DNA of 64,000 nt from an uncultured Clostridia bacterium (GTDB lineage: Bacteria; Bacillota; Clostridia; TANB77; CAG-508), in contig CALXVT010000004.1 in NCBI GenBank assembly GCA_944392175.1, positions 10,016-74,015 on the forward strand, read 5' to 3'. The notes below the pieces were generated by a model. The model was not told where the DNA came from, made no database searches, and saw only the letters and a program-made list of their open reading frames with translations. The first letter of the stretch is position 1. Every line of letters begins with the position of its first letter. The translations under genes were made by a program, and so were the position numbers. Below are positions 59,201 to 64,000 of the stretch, one piece after another.

Positions 59201-59787
59201 GTGCTAAATTAAAAGTAATGGACGGAGATGAAATAGAAGCAGGAGATCCAATTACAACAGGTTCATTAAATCCAAATGATATTCTAAAAGTAAAAGGACC
59301 AGAAGGAGTTTATACTTATTTAGTACAAGAAGTACAAAAAGTTTATAGAAACCAAGGTGTTGATATAAACGATAAACATATTGAAGTTATCGGAAGACAA
59401 ATGATTAAGAAAGTTAAAGTTGAAGATAATGGAGATACAGATTTATTCCCTGGATCTTTAGTAAATATGTATGACTTTGAGGAAGTAAATAATCAAGCAA
59501 TAGCTGAAGGAAAACGTCCTGCAACAGGAAAACGTGTTCTATTAGGAATTACAAAAGCTTCACTTGCAACAGAAAGTTTCTTATCTGCAGCATCATTCCA
59601 AGAAACAACAAGAGTATTAACAGAAGCTGCAATAAAAGGAAAAGTAGACGAACTAGTAGGATTAAAAGAAAATGTTATGATTGGTAAATTAATACCAGCA
59701 GGAACAGGAATGGACAGATATAAGAATTTAAACATAAAAGTTGAAGGACAGGAAGAAGAAAAAGAAGAAGAACCTCAAGAAGCATAA
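56254..59787 (+). CDS. rpoC: RNA polymerase beta' subunit
   Basis: NADFDGDQM, zinc-binding CERIFGP...[19 protein letters not shown]. Confidence 0.99.
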   Translation: MDELEVFDKIKIGLASDEKIREWSKGEVKKPETINYRTLKPEKDGLFCERIFGPVKDWECHCGKYKRVRYKGIVCDRCGVEVTKSKVRRERMGHIELAAPIAHIWFFKGIPSRIALMLDVSPRNLERVIYFASYIVTDKGTSGLMEAQVLNEREYHEAEEKYGKGSFKAEMGAGALRKLLEKIDLEKLSAKLKKEISKASEQKKVKLVKRLDTVEAFRLSGNRPEWMVMNVIPVIPPDLRPMVQLDGGRFATSDLNDLYRRVINRNNRLKRLLELGAPEIIVRNEKRMLQESVDALIDNGRRGRPVTGAGNRPLKSLSDLLKGKQGRFRQNLLGKRVDYSGRSVIVVGPELKIYQCGLPKEMAVELFKPFVMKELVSRGIAHNIKNAKRMVEKLSPEVWEILEDVIKDHPVMLNRAPTLHRLGIQAFEPVLVEGRAIKLHPLVCTPFNADFDGDQMAIHLPLSPEAQAEARFLMLSVNNLLKPQDGKPVTVPTLDMVLGSYYLTMALDGEKGEGMYFKDKDEAIMAYENHDVGIHAKVYVRFSKEIDGEIKTKKVQTTVGRIIYNEGIPQDLGYVDRSNPENAFELEINFPVIKKNLGDIVKRCIDKHGLTESAEVLDYIKAIGFKYSTLAGVTFSAADVKVPAAKKDILANAENQVEEIRKKYKRGLITDEERYNAVINVWDKATNEVTEAMKENFDDLNPIYMMVQSGARGNMNQLRQIAGMRGLMASTTGRAVEIPIKSSFAEGLDALEYFISAHGARKGLSDTALRTADSGYLTRRLVDVSQDIIVREEDCGSHDGIVLCDIKEGNQIIETLRERLLGRFVIEDLKDPKTGEILVDTNTMITDEIADKIVAAGVEKVKVRSVLGCRSKQGVCRKCYGMGLARKELVNIGEAVGVIAAQSIGEPGTQLTMRTIHSGGVAGVADITQGLPRVEELFEARKPKGLAIMAEISGKVKVVEDKKKKEVVITSKDNSKTYTIPFGAKLKVMDGDEIEAGDPITTGSLNPNDILKVKGPEGVYTYLVQEVQKVYRNQGVDINDKHIEVIGRQMIKKVKVEDNGDTDLFPGSLVNMYDFEEVNNQAIAEGKRPATGKRVLLGITKASLATESFLSAASFQETTRVLTEAAIKGKVDELVGLKENVMIGKLIPAGTGMDRYKNLNIKVEGQEEEKEEEPQEA

Positions 59788-59789
59788 TG

Positions 59790-59825
59790 AAAAAACCAAG
59801 TATATTTTTATATACTTGGTTTTTC
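59790..59825 (+). terminator. rpoC terminator
   Basis: AAAAAACCAAGTATA...TATACTTGGTTTTTT. Confidence 0.85.
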
Positions 59826-59864
59826 TAATGTAAGTATTATTTTTTACAAAAAGGTTAAAAACTA

Positions 59865-59919
59865 TTGCTAAATTTAAAAAAAGAGGTTATAATATAACTT
59901 ATAAGTTATATTATAACCT
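59865..59919 (+). promoter_or_regulatory. TAC promoter with a 36-bp perfect palindromic operator
   Basis: TTGCTA-N17-TATAAT; AGGTTATAATATAACTTATAAGTTATATTATAACCT (59884-59919) equals its own reverse complement. Confidence 0.85.
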
Positions 59920-59932
59920 TGAAAGGAAACTA

Positions 59933-60349
59933 ATGGGAAAAGATACTGAAATTCTTAGGTTAATTCAATACTTACAAAATGAAGGAATATTTGCTACAGA
60001 AGAGTTTGTAAAAGATTTACAGAAATTAATACAAACAGATGTGGAAAAATTTGCTGCACAGTTTTTTAAAGATTTTTCAAGAAAGGATTTTGAAAACTAT
60101 AATAGATTCGAAAAATTGAAATTAACAAAAAAACAAAAGCAAATTTTAGAAGGTAATATTTTATGGAGGTATGAGTATAGGAATGCCTCGAATTTTAGAT
60201 GCATATTCATAGTGCAAAGGGATAATAATACTAATATTCCTATTTTGTTATGTGCTTTTAATGAAAATGGAGGAAAAAAAAGAAGTGATGGCTCATATAA
60301 TCATAATATAAAAAGAGCATTGGATATTATTAAGAAATATAGTTCATAG
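59933..60349 (+). CDS. RelE/HigB-superfamily-like toxin
   Basis: EKL...LWRYEYR...FRCIF...ILLCAF.E...Y...I.RA pattern; precedes an HTH antitoxin. Confidence 0.65.
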   Translation: MGKDTEILRLIQYLQNEGIFATEEFVKDLQKLIQTDVEKFAAQFFKDFSRKDFENYNRFEKLKLTKKQKQILEGNILWRYEYRNASNFRCIFIVQRDNNTNIPILLCAFNENGGKKRSDGSYNHNIKRALDIIKKYSS

Positions 60350-60361
60350 GAGGATAATTTA

Positions 60362-60847
60362 ATGAAAATTAATTTGAATAATTTGTTAAATGCAAATCAA
60401 GTGGAAATTAAAGATGATGTTTCAAATATAGATGCTGTTTTAGATTATGAAGAGGTATTATTAAATATTTCAAAATCTATTATTAAATACAGAAAAGAAA
60501 ATAATTTAACACAAAAAGAACTTGCAACAAAGCTAAATATTAACCAAGTAATGATTTCTAAATTAGAAAGAGGTAATTACAATCCATCAATTAAACTATT
60601 ATATAGTATATCAATAAAATTGACACAATCTTCAGATTTTTTTATAAATATGTTAAAAAATATAATCACAAGTTTATATAAAAGTAAAAATATAGAATAT
60701 AAAATGTATCTAAAAAAATATGAAACATATAAATGCAGAAATAATAATAATATTACTTATTTAGTAAGCAATTATAAAAATAATGATTATGGAGGAATGG
60801 TTTATGGGGAAATCAGTAGTAGAAATGGATTTTCAGCTAATAGATAA
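60362..60847 (+). CDS. HigA-like XRE antitoxin with C-terminal chaperone-addiction-like extension
   Basis: LTQKELA.KL.INQ.MISKLERG.YNPS HTH, then about 60 aa of Tyr/Asn-rich tail. Confidence 0.8.
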   Translation: MKINLNNLLNANQVEIKDDVSNIDAVLDYEEVLLNISKSIIKYRKENNLTQKELATKLNINQVMISKLERGNYNPSIKLLYSISIKLTQSSDFFINMLKNIITSLYKSKNIEYKMYLKKYETYKCRNNNNITYLVSNYKNNDYGGMVYGEISSRNGFSANR

Positions 60848-61253
60848 TTATATAAGTGAATTTTCTTTAACAGTGTTTAATAAAATTCAAAATAATAGTG
60901 ATTTAGAAATAGAAGCTAATGTGGGGTTTAGAATAATAAATATAAATGAGAAAGATATGATAGGGCAAATTGAATTAAAGTACGATGTGGATATTGTGGA
61001 CGAAGTAAAGAATGTAGGAAAAATAATTCTTATTATGAATGCACTATTTAAAGGTAAAGAAAGTTTAAAGAAAGAACAATTTGAGGAAAAGTTGAAAATA
61101 GATGGTGCTACAATAGTATCTCATTTATGTAGAGCATATATTAATTCAGCTACTGCATTAAGTGGTATGCCAACTATAAATATGCCATTAATTAATTTTA
61201 ACCAATTTTTTGAAGAAGCTGTTGAAGAAAGTAACGTAAATACTACTAAATAA
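60804..61253 (+). CDS. SecB-like chaperone
   Basis: Beta-rich N-terminus and C-terminal HLCRAYINSATALSGMPTINMPLINF, matching the SecB-like R..I...T...G.P.I.LP.IN pattern. GGAGG SD favours ATG 60804. Confidence 0.8.
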   Translation: MGKSVVEMDFQLIDNYISEFSLTVFNKIQNNSDLEIEANVGFRIININEKDMIGQIELKYDVDIVDEVKNVGKIILIMNALFKGKESLKKEQFEEKLKIDGATIVSHLCRAYINSATALSGMPTINMPLINFNQFFEEAVEESNVNTTK

Positions 61254-61324
61254 AATATTGCAAAGGACACTAAATGTGAAAAACAAAATGTGACCTTTGC
61301 ATTTTCTTTGAGTAAAAAGCAAAT

Positions 61325-61453
61325 TGTAACAAAAAAGTAATATTCAATTAAAAAGCTCGAAAAGCTACTTCCGTAAGCTTTTAAAGTAGATATCTTTATA
61401 CTCAAAATTGTAATAAAAATAAATATTGACTTTAAGATATATTTATATATAAT
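61325..61453 (+). promoter_or_regulatory. shared adhesin-locus motif (61349-61375) and sigma-A promoter (61426-61453)
   Basis: TGTAACAAAA (61325), TAAAAAGCTCGAAAAGCTACTTCCGTA, TGTAATAAAA (61409); TTGACT-N16-TATAAT. Confidence 0.55.
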
Positions 61454-61496
61454 AAAATAAATATATTAATGAGAAATAGAAGGATTTGATGTGATT

Positions 61497-64000
61497 ATGA
61501 ATTTAAAAACAGTAAAGGCAAAATATTTAATAGCATTAATTTTTATGGCAATATTTGTGCTTGTAGGATTATTGCCAAATGAAGTAAATGCTGCAACAAG
61601 AACTTATGGACTTGAAGAATATAGGCAAGCAGATAGTAATGGAAACCAACATGGTTACATGAGAAGTAACAAAATGGTTTGGAAAATTGTAACTATAAAT
61701 GGTAGTGCAATAGACTATAGCAGAACGTTATATTGTCTTAAAGCAGAACAAGGATTTTATACAGCAACACCAGGAGTAATGCAAGAAACATATGACGAAA
61801 CATATAATTTTAAAAATAAAGCTTCAATGAATCCATTACCAGTACCAAGTGAATATTATAATTCAATTGTTTGGATATTAAACCATTCATATATTCCAAG
61901 TGCATCTACTGCACAAGAGGATAAAGCAACACTATTAGCAGATGCAGGAATAACAGAAAATAATGGATTAACAGATGATGATATAGATGTAGTACAACAA
62001 TTAGCAATTTGGTATTACACAAATTATGATGATCCAATCTATCATTCAAATCAATCAGGAATTGGACCTTCAATGCAATCTGTATGGGAATCTGTAAAAG
62101 ATTCAAGTGGTTCTGAATCAGAATATCAATCAATAAATGATAAAAACATGTATAGATATGATGATATGGAAAGACTATTTAGATATTTTATAGAAAATGC
62201 AGACAAAGCAGGAGATGAAGTAGTACAAGATGTTGTACCAGTAACTTTTACTGCAAATGGTTTAAATGCAACAATAGAAGGAGATAGCTATATAGCTGGA
62301 CCATATTTATTTACAGAAAATACAACAAATCCATACAATATAAGTTTTAGTGTAACAAGCCAATCTGGTGCTAACTTAGATGGAAAATATAAAGTATTAA
62401 ATTCAAGTAAGCAAGAGACAAATAAAAAAATTGCAGATATGATGGGACAAACATTCTATATAAAAATACCATTAAGTACAGTAACATCAGAAAATATAAC
62501 ATCAGTTAAAGTTGGAATGAATGGTAGTTATACAGTTACAAATGCAACATATTGGACAAAACAAGGAAATAACAGTGTTCAGCCAATAGTAGAGGTAACA
62601 AGAGAACCAAAAACATTTAATGATGAAAAAGAAGTACCATTACCACAACTAGGAAATTATATTTTAAAATTAATAAAAGTTGATCAAAATAATCCTTCTA
62701 CAAAGTTAGCAGGAGCAGAATTTAAAATTACATCTCCAAATGGAGAAGAAACTTTAACAACAAATTCAAATGGAGAAATAACATTAAGTGCAATTCAAGT
62801 TAGTGGAACAGGAACAGACACAATCACAATAGAAGAAACAAAAGCTCCAGATGGATATGAAAAAATAATTACAGCTCCAATAGTAGTTCAAGTAACAAAA
62901 GCATTATCAGGAAATACATATGGAATGCAAAATGCTACAATTACAAATCAACAAAGTGGAGCAAGTATAAATGTTGCTGGAAATGTAATTACAGTAACAG
63001 TAGAAAATAAATTAATTCCTAAAGATAGTGAATATAATTTAAAACTTGTTAAAGTAGAACAAGGAAATAATACAAACAAATTAGAAGGAGCAGAGTTTAA
63101 AATAAATTCACCAAAAGGTGAAGTAACACAAACAACAAATGCGAATGGAGAAATAAACATTGGTCCAATTGATGTAACAGGAACAGGGACAGATACAATT
63201 ACAATAGAAGAAACAAAGGCTCCAGATGGATATGAGAAAATAATTACAGCTCCAATCCAAGTGGAAGTAACAAAAGTATTTGAAGATAATACATATAAAA
63301 TGTCAGATGCAAAAATAACAAATGCACAAACTGGTTCAAGCATAAGTTTATCTGGCAATACAATAACAGTAACAGTTGAAAACAAATTAATTCCAAAAAA
63401 TAGTGACTATAATTTGAAATTAATAAAAGTAGAAGAAGGAACAAGTAAAAAATTAGAAGGAGCAGAATTTAAAATTACATCACCAAATGGTGAAGTAACA
63501 CAAACAACAAATGCAAGTGGAGAAATAAATATAGGACCAATTGCTGTAACTGCAGAAGGAAAAGATACAATAACAATAGAAGAAACAAAAGCTCCAGTAG
63601 GATATGAAAAAATAATTACAGATCCAATTCAAGTAGAAGTAACAAAAGTATTTGCAAACAATACATATTCTATGTCAGATGCTAAAATAGTAAATGCACA
63701 AACAGGAGCAAGTATTAGCTTATCTGGCAACACAATAACAGTAACTGTTGAAAATAGAGGAAAATACTTTGATTTAGCACTTAGAAAATATATAACACAA
63801 GTAAATGGAGAAAATGTTGAAAATACAAGAGTTCCAAATATAGATACAAGTACAATTTCAAGTAATATGACAGCTACATATAAACATAGAAAAGATCCAG
63901 TTAAAGTAGCAACAGGAGATAAAGTAATATATAATATTACAATTTACAATGAAGGACAAAAAGATGGAAGAGCAACTAAAATACAAGATCAATTACCAAC
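61497..64000 (+). CDS. thioester-domain (TED/TQXA-like) adhesin with SpaA-like repeats, truncated by the window edge
   Basis: Translated by hand (not in ORF track): signal peptide MNLKTVKAKYLIALIF..., LYCLKAEQG, VQQLAIW, VQPIV, three SpaA-like units, FDLALRKYIT, GDKVIYNITIYNEG. Open to 64000; alternative GTG start at 61491. Confidence 0.88.
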   Translation, partial: MNLKTVKAKYLIALIFMAIFVLVGLLPNEVNAATRTYGLEEYRQADSNGNQHGYMRSNKMVWKIVTINGSAIDYSRTLYCLKAEQGFYTATPGVMQETYDETYNFKNKASMNPLPVPSEYYNSIVWILNHSYIPSASTAQEDKATLLADAGITENNGLTDDDIDVVQQLAIWYYTNYDDPIYHSNQSGIGPSMQSVWESVKDSSGSESEYQSINDKNMYRYDDMERLFRYFIENADKAGDEVVQDVVPVTFTANGLNATIEGDSYIAGPYLFTENTTNPYNISFSVTSQSGANLDGKYKVLNSSKQETNKKIADMMGQTFYIKIPLSTVTSENITSVKVGMNGSYTVTNATYWTKQGNNSVQPIVEVTREPKTFNDEKEVPLPQLGNYILKLIKVDQNNPSTKLAGAEFKITSPNGEETLTTNSNGEITLSAIQVSGTGTDTITIEETKAPDGYEKIITAPIVVQVTKALSGNTYGMQNATITNQQSGASINVAGNVITVTVENKLIPKDSEYNLKLVKVEQGNNTNKLEGAEFKINSPKGEVTQTTNANGEINIGPIDVTGTGTDTITIEETKAPDGYEKIITAPIQVEVTKVFEDNTYKMSDAKITNAQTGSSISLSGNTITVTVENKLIPKNSDYNLKLIKVEEGTSKKLEGAEFKITSPNGEVTQTTNASGEINIGPIAVTAEGKDTITIEETKAPVGYEKIITDPIQVEVTKVFANNTYSMSDAKIVNAQTGASISLSGNTITVTVENRGKYFDLALRKYITQVNGENVENTRVPNIDTSTISSNMTATYKHRKDPVKVATGDKVIYNITIYNEGQKDGRATKIQDQLP
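62655..63756 (+). repeat. three 375-bp coding repeats (SpaA/prealbumin-like Ig domains)
   Basis: Units start at 62655, 63030 and 63405, each Y.LKL.KV...KL.GAEFKI.SP.G...TTN..GEI...EETKAP.GYEK. Confidence 0.9.

Noticed and set aside
2270-63444. Many short antisense or overlapping ORFs in the track (e.g. 2270-2689, 15186-15455, 28252-28716, 37899-38360, 52971-53312, 62948-63385)
   Set aside because: They shadow well-supported genes on the other strand or frame, have Leu/Phe/Ser-biased mirror composition, and lack an SD.

Overview
A very AT-rich chromosomal window from a Bacillota (Clostridia-like) genome. The taxonomy is inferred from gene content and style, not computed. Housekeeping content: four tRNAs (Lys-UUU, Glu, Thr, Lys-CUU), rpoB-rpoC, corA, tex, an ABC-F ATPase, htrA, a spoVB-like flippase and cell-wall hydrolases. 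Accessory content: (1) a co-oriented trio on the minus strand of a single-module NRPS (C-A-T-reductase, with a glycine-type A-domain code DILQLGVIWK), a 6-TM histidine kinase and a REC/HD-GYP phosphodiesterase. Its layout resembles a synthase-sensor-c-di-GMP signalling circuit, and it is the best candidate for an undescribed system. (2) A HigB-like toxin, HTH antitoxin and SecB-like chaperone (TAC) directly after rpoC, with a perfect 36-bp palindromic operator. (3) A 20-kb tandem duplication of a two-gene giant surface-protein module (A-B-A'-B') with non-canonical sorting motifs, plus a third thioester-domain adhesin at the right edge; all three loci share an upstream motif. (4) A decayed 1.2-kb islet at tRNA-Lys(CUU) carrying hicB and a frameshifted hicA, bounded by a degenerate copy of the tRNA 3' half. 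(5) A dispersed 107-bp multi-hairpin repeat containing GCGAAGC mini-hairpins. Two genes cut by the window edges (a VirD4-like ATPase on the left, the adhesin on the right) are missing from the supplied ORF track. All domain calls come from motif recognition by eye; no searches were run.
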